DNA from: Macrostomum hystrix
Lineage: Eukaryota > Animalia > Platyhelminthes
Reading direction: 5' to 3'
DNA length: 64,000 nt
Assembly: GCA_950097015.1 (NCBI GenBank)
Contig: CATNEN010000001.1
Coordinates: forward strand, 23,808,001-23,872,000
Positions 36,401-47,879 of this stretch are shown piece after piece. The notes beneath the pieces are model-generated. The model did no database searches. It was not told the DNA's origin and worked only from the letters and a program-made list of their open reading frames with translations. Every line of letters begins with the position of its first letter. Within the stretch, counting starts at the first letter, position 1. A program made the translations under genes and the position numbers.

Positions 36401-38129
36401 ATCATTTCATTTTTTATGAAAATAAATCAAACAAACATTTGTACGCTTTTACTTATATTCAACAATTCATTTAATGCATCAATTTTTTTATTTCCAAAAA
36501 ATATTATATAGTACATTATAGACTTGATTCTTGAGGGCTATTTACAATACAAAAGTATACCAGCTAGTCTATATCAATGATTTTTATGAACAATTTTTTT
36601 GTTCAGGCATACATACTCAATATAAGTTGTGTAGACATATGTACTAATTGCTCTTGTAACGTATGCCAAACCCATAAGACAAGCAAGTGTATGCCAGAAA
36701 TTTCCTGCATATACCACATTCTGCTATATGGATAATAGGTAATTGTATTTTTGGCAATCTTTACTATTTTTTTGCTAAACTCAAATTTGTGTTCAAATTG
36801 TGTCATGACTATGGGATCCATGGACACAATATCTATCAGCTAAGGTCAATAAGAATAAAAAGTGAATGCCTATGTATAAAAATCTGTCTTTTTAAAAAAC
36901 CATATTACAATTTGCATAAAATATTTCTAGCAAAGTGCTTGACTTAGCTAAAATAATATAATGCCAACCATAGGGTGTAATAAGCTTAATGGTTAATATG
37001 ACAACTGTAATTCATTGGAAAAATATAATATACTTAAATTATTAAAACTTTTTTGTTTTTTTTTAACATAGAAAGTTATAATTTCTGGCAATTGTATTTT
37101 TACAATGGTATACAAATATACATTTTATGAGCCTTTTTATACTGCAATAATTTCTATAACTTTCTAAGTGTTTTCTAAACTTAGGATTCGCTATAATCTC
37201 AAATCACTGTACAGATTATAACTTATGACAAAACCACATGATTATCATTTTCACCTAAAATGTTTTTTTGTTTAATATAGCTTCAAATGGCAATCATGTA
37301 GTTTTGTCAGTTGATTTATTTTTTTTTTGAAAACATTAAGCAACTTTAATTGAACTTGCTACAAAAATGTCAAGAACTAAAAGTTTAATTATTTTACAAA
37401 AAGTTGGGGTTAAATTTGAATGTTTTATTGTCCAAAGCAGACATCAATGGCTTTTAATCATGTATAGTTGCATTTTTAGCTCTCTAGCTAAACCAATATT
37501 CAAGGGGAACTGTTATAATATCTAGACTTTTAAGTTTTAACCATAGAATATGAGTCTGAGTATGAGAGAAACATATTTATTTGGAATAATTTTAGCACAA
37601 AAGCTTTACAACTCAGCACAAATAAAACATTAAAATCATTTTTACTACAACTTCTCTAAATATCAAGTAATAATTTCCTTATTATATACTTATTGTTGGG
37701 TAAGTCTATTTTTGTTAAACTTAATTGACACTACTTTCAACATGCAGCTGTACAGCATTTTGTCTAGATAATTTATTCGATAATCAATATTCGTATCACT
37801 GTTAGTTAATATTTCTTTGTGACCATAATTTAGATATATCGACTAAATACCATCCTGAGACTCAAATTCGTTTCCTAAAATTTCAGCTTTGCAGCTGCTC
37901 TAGAAGGCTCTGCTGCTGCCTGTTGTGAAGTTAATTGTGCATCAAAGCTGGCCTATATTCTGCCAACTGTCATTCTCTCTCCTACTAATCTGTGCCCCAG
38001 TCACAAATTGGCTGTCCCAACTGCCCACAGAACATTTCCTGCTTGTGCTTAATCTAGTTCCCTTACCTTCGCCTGGCTAGCCAAGTGTTGTCTCCAAGAT
38101 AACTATCTCACATGCGCCAAGCTCACAAG

Positions 38130-38168
38130 ATGGGCCAACGCTTAGTGACTGGACTGCACCAGGGGGCC

Positions 38169-38201
<33 letters not shown>

Positions 38202-40116
38202 CACGGTCTAACCCACCAGCAGCAGCTGGCTGACTATGTCTTCAACACTCAGCAGCAGCAGCAGCAGCAGCAGCAGCATGCTCGTTTGCGTCATCAGCAT
38301 CACCAGCTCCTTATGCAACAGGTAGCCAATAGCAACAGTAACAACAGCGGCGCCAACAGCATGAGCGGCAGTGGCGGTGGAGGCGGCGGTGGCAATGGCG
38401 CCTCCATAATGCCATTCAACAATAACTCGCAGAATCTGTTAAGCCCAGACTATGAGAAGCCGGCAAGGTTGGATCTGCTGCTAGACATGCCGCAGTGCCC
38501 GCACCAGCTAGCTGCCGAGAACTCCTGGAATCCCAACGATCGCTCTCTGAACATCTTCGTGAAGGAGGACGACTGTCTGACCCTTCACCGGCAGCCGGTA
38601 GCGCAGAGCACGGACTGCATCCGGGGCGCGCGCGGCTACTCTCGCGGGCTGCACGTCTGGCAGATTCACTGGTCCGCCAAGCAGCGCGGCACCCACGCCG
38701 TGGTTGGCGTTGCCACCGCCAACTGCCCGCTGCACTGCGTCGGCTATCAATCTCTGGTTGGATCCAATACGGAGTCCTGGGGCTGGGATCTCGGCAGGAA
38801 TCGAGCCCTGCACGACGGTCGCAGGACGCCCTACCCGGCCAGCATGTGCGTGCCTCAGCTGGCTGGCTCCGCCAATGGCAGCGGGGCCAACAGCGCCAGC
38901 ACTTCATCGTCCGAGGAGAATTTCCCTGTACCGGACAGCTTCCTGCTGGTGCTGGACATGGATGAGGGAACGCTCAGCTTCGTAGTGGAGGGACAGTTTC
39001 TCGGCATCGCTTTCCGCGGATTGAAAGGCCGGGTCCTCTATCCCAGCGTCAGCGCCGTCTGGGGCCACTGCGAAATCACGCTGCGCTACTGGAATGGACT
39101 CGATCGTGAGTGCCCGATTGCTGCACCTGACTTCCTTCCCCATCCTGCACCTGACTTCCTTCCTCATCGTGCACCTGACTTCCTTCCCCATCCTGCACCT
39201 GACTTCCTTCCCCATCCTGCACCTGACTTCCTTCCTCATCCTGCACCTGACTTCCTTCCTCATCCTGCACCTGACTTCCTTCCCCATCCTGCACCTGACT
39301 TCCTTCCCCATCCTGCACCTGACTTCCTTCCCCATCCTGCACCTGACTTCCTTCCCCATCCTGCACCTGACTTCCTTCCCCATCCTGCACCTGACTTCCT
39401 TCCCCATCCTGCACCTGACTTCCTTCCCCATCCTGCACCTGACTTCCTTCCCCATCCTGCACCTGACTTCCTTCCCCATCCTGCACCTGACTTCCTTGCT
39501 CATCCTGCAGCTGGTCTGTTCCCATCTAGCATCTTGTCTCCTACTTAGACCTCACATCTAGTCTCCTAGACTTCACATCTAGTCTCCTAGACTTCACATC
39601 TAGTCTCCTAGACTTCACATTTAGTCTCCTAGACTTCACATCTAGTCTCCTAGACTTCACATCTAGTCTCCTAGACTTCACATTTAGTCTCCTAGACTTC
39701 ACATTTAGTCTCCTAGACTACACATCGAGTCTCCTAGACCTCACATCTAGTCTCCTAGACCTCACATCTAGTCTTCTAGACCTCATATCTAGTCTTATAG
39801 ACCTCACATCTAGTCTCCTAGACTTCACATCTAGTCTCCTAGACCTCACACCCGTACCTGAAACCTCCCGCCCGCAGCCGAACCGCTGCCACTGATGGTA
39901 CTGTGTCGCTCGGTGATTCGCAAGCACTTCCAACGTCGCGCCGCGGCCTCCGCCGCCGGTAGGCACAGCCAGGCCCATAGCAACGCCCTTAGCAACAGTG
40001 GCGCAACGCACGCGCAGCAACTGCCTGAGATTGACAGACTGCCGCTGCCTAACAGCATCAAGGACTACCTGCTGTACCGCAGCTCGAGCACCAATGTGGC
40101 AGCTGCTCTTCAATGA
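38130..40116 (+). CDS. SPSB1: SPRY domain- and SOCS box-containing protein (SPSB1/4-like, gustavus), about 404 aa; exons 38130-39105 and 39878-40116
   Basis: MGQ start (in-frame ATG also at 38112), [64 protein letters not shown]; spliced [14 protein letters not shown] and [15 protein letters not shown] box; phase-1 GT-AG intron. Confidence 0.93.
39121..39510. repeat. 24-bp minisatellite (CTGCACCTGACTTCCTTCCCCATC)n, about 16 copies, SPSB intron
   Basis: Read directly. Confidence 0.97.
39545..39850. repeat. 21-bp minisatellite (TAGACTTCACATCTAGTCTCC)n, about 14 copies, SPSB intron
   Basis: Read directly. Confidence 0.95.
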
Positions 40117-40947
40117 CAATGCTCTCTGGCAGTGTCAGGCTAACAGCGTGAACCCATCCTAATTTATAGCTGCTGGGCATTCAATAAACTCTTTTAATTG
40201 CAGCTGCTTCAAATTTTAGCAATCTGGTGTTTTATTTAATGAATAACTGAATTATTTCTTATTGTTTTTCTTATTTAACACTTTGCAGGATTGCTATATG
40301 AACGGGAACTTCAGAATAATCGCACAATTTTGATTGACTGTCTGTCATTGACTGTTACTGACTGTCATTTAACTGCTACTTCACAGTTACTATGAAATCA
40401 TTAACACCGTTAGTATTGTTATTGCTCGTTTATTTCATCTTACTAGGATGTAAGTGTGTGCGTATCTGAGTGTACATTCTTTAACTTCAGTTTTTACCTA
40501 TTTTTTCGCAATTTAAACTATTCTCCATTGCAAATTTTTAACTTGGTTTTTATCTTATTATACTACTCAAATTAATAGTCAGTAGGCTAAGTGATCGAAC
40601 GGCTTTGTGCTGAACCGAGTTTTAAAGTGAGTTAGTATTTTATTCTCTCTTGTTAGCTAGCGGATTGCGGACACACGGAATGCACCGCTGCTCCAGGGTT
40701 CCATGCTGAACAATTAACGTTATCTGTCACTGCTTCCCATTTTGGGATGTTTTTTTTACTTTATTCCCTTGCTAAACCATTTGGTTCATTGATATTGTGC
40801 TGTATGCCAGCAGCCCTCATCGTTGTGCATGTATCTTAATCTGTTCTCTTTTTTAGTTTAGTTTTTTTATTTGGTTTTGTTTTAATTGATGCTTCTTTCA
40901 AGGCACCTTTTGTAAATGTTGTCAATCATTAGCTACTTCCTGCTGCT

Positions 40948-41530
40948 TATAACCCTCAGGTCTAGATCCATATAACCTTCAGGTCTAGATTGATATAACC
41001 TTCAGGTCTAGATTGATATAACCTTCAGGTCTAGATTCATATAACCTTCAGGTCTAGATTGATATAACCCTCAGGTCTAGATTGATATAACCTTCAGGTC
41101 TAGATTAATATAACCTTCAGGTCTAGATTGATATAACCTTCAGGTCTAGATTGATATAACCTTCAGGTCTAGATCCATATAACCTTCAGGTCTAGATTGA
41201 AATAACCTTCAGGTCTAGATTCATATAACCTTCAGGTCTAGATTGATATAACCCTCAGGTCTAGATTCATATAACCTTCAGGTCTAGATTGATCTAACCT
41301 TTAGGTCTAGATTGATATAACCCTCAGGTCTAGATTCATATAACCTTCAGGTCTAGATCCATATAACCTTCAGGTCTAGATTGATACAACCCTCAGGTCT
41401 AGATTCATATAACCTTCATTTCTAGATCCATATAACCTTCAGGTCTAGATTCATATAACCTTCAGGTCTAGATGCACATGACCTTCACAGGTCTAGATTC
41501 ACATGACCTTCAGGTCTAGATTCACATGAT
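40948..41530. repeat. 23-bp minisatellite (TATAACCTTCAGGTCTAGATTGA)n, about 25 copies, downstream of SPSB
   Basis: Read directly. Confidence 0.96.
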
Positions 41531-42464
41531 TATAGACAACCCGCAATGAGGCAGCGAAGCAGCAGCCTAGTTTTGAATCGCTCAGGTTATCCGCCTGGTC
41601 TCGCTATTACTGTTAAAAGCTGTTACATACCGCTTGCTCTGCTGTTAAACCGCTTGCCTAAGCTGTTCGATTTCCCGCTTCTAGCAAGTCCATTAGTGGA
41701 GATTTTCTCTGTCTGTTTATTAAACTGCAATGTTTCAAAGTTGAGTTCATAAATGATTTGCTTTTGTTGCTTGTTGATTATTATTTTACTCTTCCCACAT
41801 GGCAATACATTGCTTACATGTGTTACAGCCTAGCTACAGGCACAGCAGTCGCGCACAATAATATACATGTTCAATTTCTTGGTTTTCCCACCCCAACCAC
41901 TTTTGCTCTGTTTATTTTACTCGTGTTTTCTTCGTCAATATTGCTAACATAATGCTACTTATATGCTACTAGGTAGTAGTAGCGAAGCTGTCATCAGTTC
42001 GATTTTGCGAATATTTGAATATTATAAATACTAGTAGAAAATCAGTGTCGTGTTTAGACCGGCGCAGTCGTTTATATTTTATGTTTTTATCGAATCTTTA
42101 ATGCGCGTTCGTTAAAACAAAACAAATGATGAAAGTCATATATAAAAAACTAACAAATATAAAGAATTTGATACCACGCGACAACAGAGTGTTTGTGAGG
42201 CCTGTTCCGTCTGATGGTAAAGTATATGCGCGTTCGGATTTCGCCTTTTCTCTTTCTCTTGATTTCTGCGCATTTCTATTATAGATGACAGTCTTATGAA
42301 CATATGCGTGATTTATATCCATAGCTACAAATATTTCGATACATATCGGCTAGTTACCGACCAAGTCATGCAAGCCTGGTCACAGTTTTATGCATGGAAA
42401 TTTGAAAAAAGTTGTCTTTTGTTTGATTAGTGTGAGGACTGTTAGTGCATTGTGCCAAAAATTA

Positions 42465-42532
42465 ATGGGGCCTTGTTGCGGATTCGAACCCGGGCTCTCG
42501 GAGCATTTCTGCTACCGCTCCGCCATCTAGTG
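42465..42532 (-). mobile_element. Isolated tRNA-like Pol III head (SINE family A-related) upstream of ACOX3
   Basis: A-box TGGCGGAGCGG and consensus B-box GGTTCGAATCC on the minus strand; no complete cloverleaf and no SINE body. Confidence 0.55.
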
Positions 42533-42623
42533 TAGCTGCAAGGGTAGGCTTGTTTAGATGGAGAAATGAACATGTCGATTGGGTTGCGATTTTGCAGCAG
42601 CTGCTGGCCATCGCGCAGAAGCC

Positions 42624-44283
42624 ATGTCTCCCACTAGCCGCGAGCAAACAGTAGAACTCAACAGCTGGCTGCCGGACTTTCCGCCAGGTCCGTTGGATTC
42701 GTTTCGTAGGCGAGCCACCTTCGACTGGAGACAGATGGCCTGCCTGCTGCTGGGAGAGGACGGCCTGCGGATGCGGGTGGGTGAATGATTGCTGGCGTGG
42801 CTGCCAACCGTGCTGCCTCCCTCTAGCCTCCTTTCATCTTCTCCGCTACCATTAAATCTCCCTCACTGGCCCGCAGCTCACGGTGTGGCGCACCATGGAG
42901 TCGGACCCGGTGTTCGCGCACAGCCAGAAGCCGCTGTCTCTGCAGGAGGTGCGCCGCCGGACCTACCTGCAGTGCAAGCGCCTGTTTGAGTACAGCTTCC
43001 TCACTGACGATGAGCTCATGTCTGATCCCCAGCTGCTGAGTCATTTCAATCAGGCCGTGCTCATGTACGACAAGTCCCTGCTGGGAAAGTACAGTCTGAC
43101 CCTCACCATGTTCGGCGCCAGCGTGCTGTCTATGGGCAAGAGTCACACCGACTACTACCTGCGAGCTAAGAACTTCGAGCTGTACGGCTGCTTCGCCCTC
43201 ACGGAGCTGTCCCACGGCAGCAACACCCGGGCGATGAGGACCACGGCAACCTACGATCCGCTAACTAAAGAGTTCGTTCTCAACACCCCTGATCTGGAGG
43301 CTATGAAGGTCTGGGTTGGTGAGTTCCTGCCTGCCTGCCTGTTCTGGGTGTCTGCCTGCCTGTTCTGGGTGTCTGCCTGCCTGTTCTGGGTGTCTGCCTG
43401 TTCTGGGTGTCTGGCTGCCTGTTCTGGGTGTCTGTCTGTCTGTTATGGGTGTCTGTGTCTGTTATGAGTGTATCAGTCATGTCTGCTAGCCGCCTGTACT
43501 TCGCAGGCAATCTCGGCCAGTCCGCCACTCACGCCTTGGTCTACGCCCAGCTGATTACGCCCGACGGTTCGAACCACGGACTGCACGCGTTCGCGGTGCC
43601 GGTTCGGAGTCCGGCCAGCCTCCTTCCCTACCCGGGCGTCCTGGTCGGCGATATGGGCGACAAGATCGGCTTTAACGGCGTCGACAACGGCTTCGTAGCC
43701 TTCAGTGGCTATCGAATCGGCAAGGACTGCTTGCTGAATCGAACCGGCGACGTCACGGACTCCGGCGAGTATGTCAGCCCCTATCGAGACGCCTCCAAGA
43801 GGCTGGGAGCCACTCTCGGCGCCCTGAGCGGCGGCCGCGTCAGCATCGTCGGCATGGCCAGCTCTGGGCTATGCCTGGCTGCCGTCATCGCAGTGAGATA
43901 CTCGGCGGCCAGGCGACAGTTCAGCCAGGACGCATACGACTACGGATGGTCTGTGCAGGGCCGCTCTGGCCAGTGAAAGCCATTTTGAGGGATTGGGAAC
44001 TCGTTTGATGGAGTGGGAAGTCATTTGGGGATTGGGAACTCATCTGTGTGATTGGGAAGTCATTTGAGGGGCTGGGAACTCATTTTTGGGATTAGGAACT
44101 AATTTGATAGATTAGGAACTCATTTGATAGATTAGGAACTCATTTGGGGGATTGGGAAGTCAATTCCCAATTTAGAGGGGAGAGAGGAGATTCAGAGGCC
44201 AAGGTAATATAATAGGAATACGAATCGATTGAAGTTCGGTTTGAGTTCCTAATACAAGCTTCCAACTTTTTATGTTCAACAGC

Positions 44284-44344
<61 letters not shown>

Positions 44345-47300
44345 CGTCGCATCCCGAGCCGCAAAAGCTGGGTCTTTCCTCGTCTACCGACCTGAAACAG
44401 CGGCAGCAGCAGCAGCCAGCCGCTGCCGAGCGCCCAGTGCTTGAGTACTCAATGCAGCAGCAGCGCCTGTTTCCCCACTTGGCCTCAGCTTACGCCTGGA
44501 CTCTCATGGGCTGCTCTCTCTTCGCCGACTATGCCGCCCTGCGACTGGCCGACTCCAAGTCCGCTGCCACTGCCAGCGCCGGCCGGGAGCTGCACGCGCT
44601 GTCGTCCGCTGCCAAGCCGGCAGCCGCCTGGGCTTGCATGGCAGCTCTGCAGGAGGCCAGGGAGGCCTGCGGCGGACACGGCTACCTGGCATCCAGCCGA
44701 CTGGGCCACCTGCGCAACGACTTCGACGCCACTTGCACCTACGAGGGAGAAAATCACGTGCTGCTGCAGCAGGTGTGTGGTCTCTGACGATCTCCGGTAC
44801 TCAGTTTCCCTGCTGCGGTCACCTGGTCCTCCTGTCTTAGGTCACCTGGTCCTCCTATCTTAGGTCACCTGGTCCTCCTATCTTAGGTCACCTGGTCCTC
44901 CTATCTTAGGTCACCTGGTCCTCCTATCTTAGGTCACCTGGTCCTCCTATCTTAGGTCACCTGGTCCTCCTATCTTAGGTCACCTGGTCCTCCTATCTTA
45001 GGTCACCTGGTCCTCCTATCTTAGGTCACCTGGTCCTCCTGTCTCCAGTCACCTGGTCTAAGTATCTTCGTATCTCGTCTCTTATCACCTCCTAGCCCGG
45101 TCCTCAGGTCCTCCTAGCCCCGGTCCTCAGGTCCTCCTATCCCGGTCCTCAGGTCCTCCTAGTCCGGTCCTCAGGTCCTCCTAGTCCGGTCCTCAGGTCC
45201 TCCTAGCCCTGGTCCTCAGGTCCTCCTATCCCGGTCCTCAGGTCCTCCTAGCCCGGTCCTCAGGTCCTCCTAGGTCGACGCTGGAGCCCAGTTCAACAAG
45301 CCAGTTTAACAATGCAGTTGCTATGCCAACTAATCTATCACCTGATCTAGGCCACGGCTCACCTGCTGTCTCTGGAAACATCAAATTCATCCGCTGCCGC
45401 TGCCGCAGACGCTTCACCTCTTGGCAGTTGTCGATATCTGTTCTTGAACCAGCAGCAGCAGCAGCGGTGGCTGCCCAGTCTGCAGGACATGCTGGATGGC
45501 GAAGGCTGCCCGGATGTTGTCGGACCTACTGACATCGCCGACAAAGCCTCCGACGGTAACAGCGAGCGCTCCGCCATTCTCCTCCGCCTGCTGTGGTCGC
45601 TAGTTCGAGTCCTGATTCAATCAGCAGTGGGCGCTGGCGCTGCTGGCCTCACGCAGTGGCGAGCCAAGAGTCTAGCCCTTGCCTACGCCGAGGCTGAGAC
45701 CCTGCGACGGTTCCGCCAGTTGGCCTTCGGCAGCCAGGCAGCCGTTGACAACCGGCTGGCGGGTCCGCTGAGACTGCTGTGGACTATGCACGGCCTCAGT
45801 CTGGTCAGTCGGCACTTTCAGGCCATGTGCGAGGCCGGCCTTCTAAACAGCGGCGTCGGCGGATTCGGTTTCGATGCCTGCCAGCTGTCCGGCTGGCTCG
45901 CCCGTTGCCAAGCAACCGCCTGCTCGGCCCTGCTGCCCGAAGCCGTGGCTCTGGTTGACGCCATTGCGCCAACTGACTTTGTGCTGCACTCGGCGCTTGG
46001 CGACTCGAGCGGATTGGTAGGGACACTAACAGCTGTTTTGTCTCGCTTTCTTGGAAATTACTTCTTCTTTAGTCATTCCGAACATCTGTTCTTTCGCTTT
46101 CTAATAAAAAATAGCTAGATTTTCCGCTGAGGGCGATGCTACTCGTAGAATTTAAACATAAATATAAAAGTAGAATCTCAGCAGGATCTATAGCTAGAAT
46201 CGCAGCAGGATCCTATAGCTAGAATCGCAGCAGGATCCTATAGCTAGAATCGCAGCTGTATCCTATTGCTAGAATCGCAACTGGATCCTATAGCTAGAAT
46301 CGCAGCAGGATCCTATATCTAGAATCGTAGCAGGATCCTATTGCTAGAATCGCAGCAGGATCCTATTGCTAGAATCGCAGCAGGATCCTATATCTAGAAT
46401 CGTAGCAGGATCCTTTAGCTAGAATCGTAGCAGGATCCTTTAGCTAGAATCACAGCTGAATCCTTTAGCTAGAATCGCTTCAGGAACTGTATGTGGAATC
46501 GCAGCTGGATTCGTAGATAAAATCGCTTCAGGAACCGTATGTGGAATCGCAGCTGGATTTGTTGCTAGAATCGCTTCAAGAACCGTATGTGGAATCGCAG
46601 CTGGATTTGTTGCTAGAATCGCTTCAAGAACCGTATGTGGAATCGCAGCTGGATTTGTTGCTAGAATCGCTTCAAGAACCGTAGGTTGAGCACACTCAGC
46701 AGTGTGCTCAACCATCTCTCGACTCCCATGGGACCAGCCGTCTCTCTAGCTTTCTCCCTTATTCTTTTCTTTGCATTTCTTTTTTATTTCCTGATGATTT
46801 CCTGAGCGCTTTTCGCTTCCATCGATTGCTTGAATTGCCTTGATTAAAATTATATCTGGCATCGCCTTGGGCAGCGAGTGTTGCGGTTTCTGCGCTGATC
46901 CGACACGCCTTTGCTGCGCTAACGAACTGACCTCCTTGATATATCCTCTTCTCCTCCAAAAATCTCTCCCCCCCTTCTTTTTATCCTTTTTCCTCTTTCT
47001 TCCCCTCCTTCTCCACTTTCTTTCCCTTTCTTCCCCTCTTTCTCCCCTTTCTCCCCTTTCTCCCCTTTCTCCCCTTTCTTCCCCATCCTTCTCCCCATTT
47101 CTTCCCCCTCTTATTCCCTATTTCTTCCCCTCTTCCCCATTTCTTCCCCATCCTTCTCCCCATTTCTTCCCCCTCCTGCTCATTTCTTCCCCCTCTTTCT
47201 CCCCTTTTCTTCCCCCTCTTTCTCCCCCTTTCTTCCCCCTCCTCCCTAATTCTTCCCCCTCTTTCTCCCCTTTTCTTCCCCCTCTTTCTCCCCCTTTCTT

Positions 47301-47571
47301 CCCCCTCCTCCCCATTTCTCTCCTCTTTCTCTCCCTTTTTCCCGTCTTTCTTTCCCTTCTTCCCCATTTCTTCCTCATTTTTATTTTGATTTCTACCCTT
47401 TCGTTATTAACTTTTTTTCCTCCTCCTAATCCATCCGGCCCGCCGCCGCAGATCTACGAGAACATTGTCCAGTCGATGTTCACCGCCCCGGGCGCTTTCG
47501 AACGGCCGGAATGGTGGACTGAGTTTTTGGACAAGCCGAAACTCGGCGCCAGGCCGGTGGCAAAGATCTAG
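42624..47571 (+). CDS. ACOX3: Peroxisomal acyl-CoA oxidase 3 (pristanoyl-CoA oxidase), about 770 aa; exons 42624-42776, 42877-43318, 43507-43948, 44283-44772, 45351-46016, 47452-47571
   Basis: [89 protein letters not shown], catalytic [30 protein letters not shown]; C-terminal PTS1-like AKI; phases consistent (exon 3/4 junction least certain). Confidence 0.93.
43328..43455. repeat. ~21-bp repeat (CTGCCTGCCTGTTCTGGGTGT)n in ACOX3 intron 2
   Basis: Read directly. Confidence 0.85.
43985..44165. repeat. Degenerate ~20-bp repeat (GATTGGGAACTCATTT..)n in ACOX3 intron 3
   Basis: Read directly. Confidence 0.8.
44287..44343 (+). repeat. (CAG)19 microsatellite, probably coding polyQ in ACOX3 exon 4
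   Basis: 19 uninterrupted CAG triplets. Confidence 0.95.
44818..45275. repeat. Two related arrays in ACOX3 intron 4: 23-bp (GGTCACCTGGTCCTCCTATCTTA)n and ~21-bp (GGTCCTCAGGTCCTCCTAGCCC)n
   Basis: Read directly. Confidence 0.92.
46170..46685. repeat. 25-bp minisatellite (TAGCTAGAATCGCAGCAGGATCCTA)n grading into a 48-bp dimeric unit, ACOX3 intron 5
   Basis: Read directly. Confidence 0.93.
46950..47385. repeat. Polypyrimidine low-complexity tract in ACOX3 intron 5
   Basis: Almost pure C/T on the + strand with internal repeats. Confidence 0.9.
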
Positions 47572-47879
47572 CACGAGCTGCTGCCGCGGATGTTCTGGCT
47601 TTGAATCCGATCTATCATTTCCATTAGGGACGCGAAAACCTAGCTTTGATTCACGCTCTGCTTTTGACTTTACTTTGATTGACTTAATTTGAATTTTTAC
47701 CTTTTTAAACGGTTTGTTTCTGTTTTATACACTAAAATGAACGCACATTTTTCCAATGAGTTATTTCTGCCTGATTAGCATCGAGAATCAAAAAAATGCT
47801 TTATTAGTAATATCTCTATTCTCGTCTTTATGGTCCTATTATGTTTCATTTCTGATTCCAGCCAAAACTTAGCTTGAAT

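Noticed and set aside
38112-39548. 478-aa single-exon SPSB as the main product
   Set aside because: Runs through a donor at 39106 into an intronic array; the SOCS box is in the 39878 exon
42518-42533. CTCF-like motif CGCCATCTAGTG
   Set aside because: Single short match overlapping the A-box; CTCF is reported absent from flatworms if the organism guess holds
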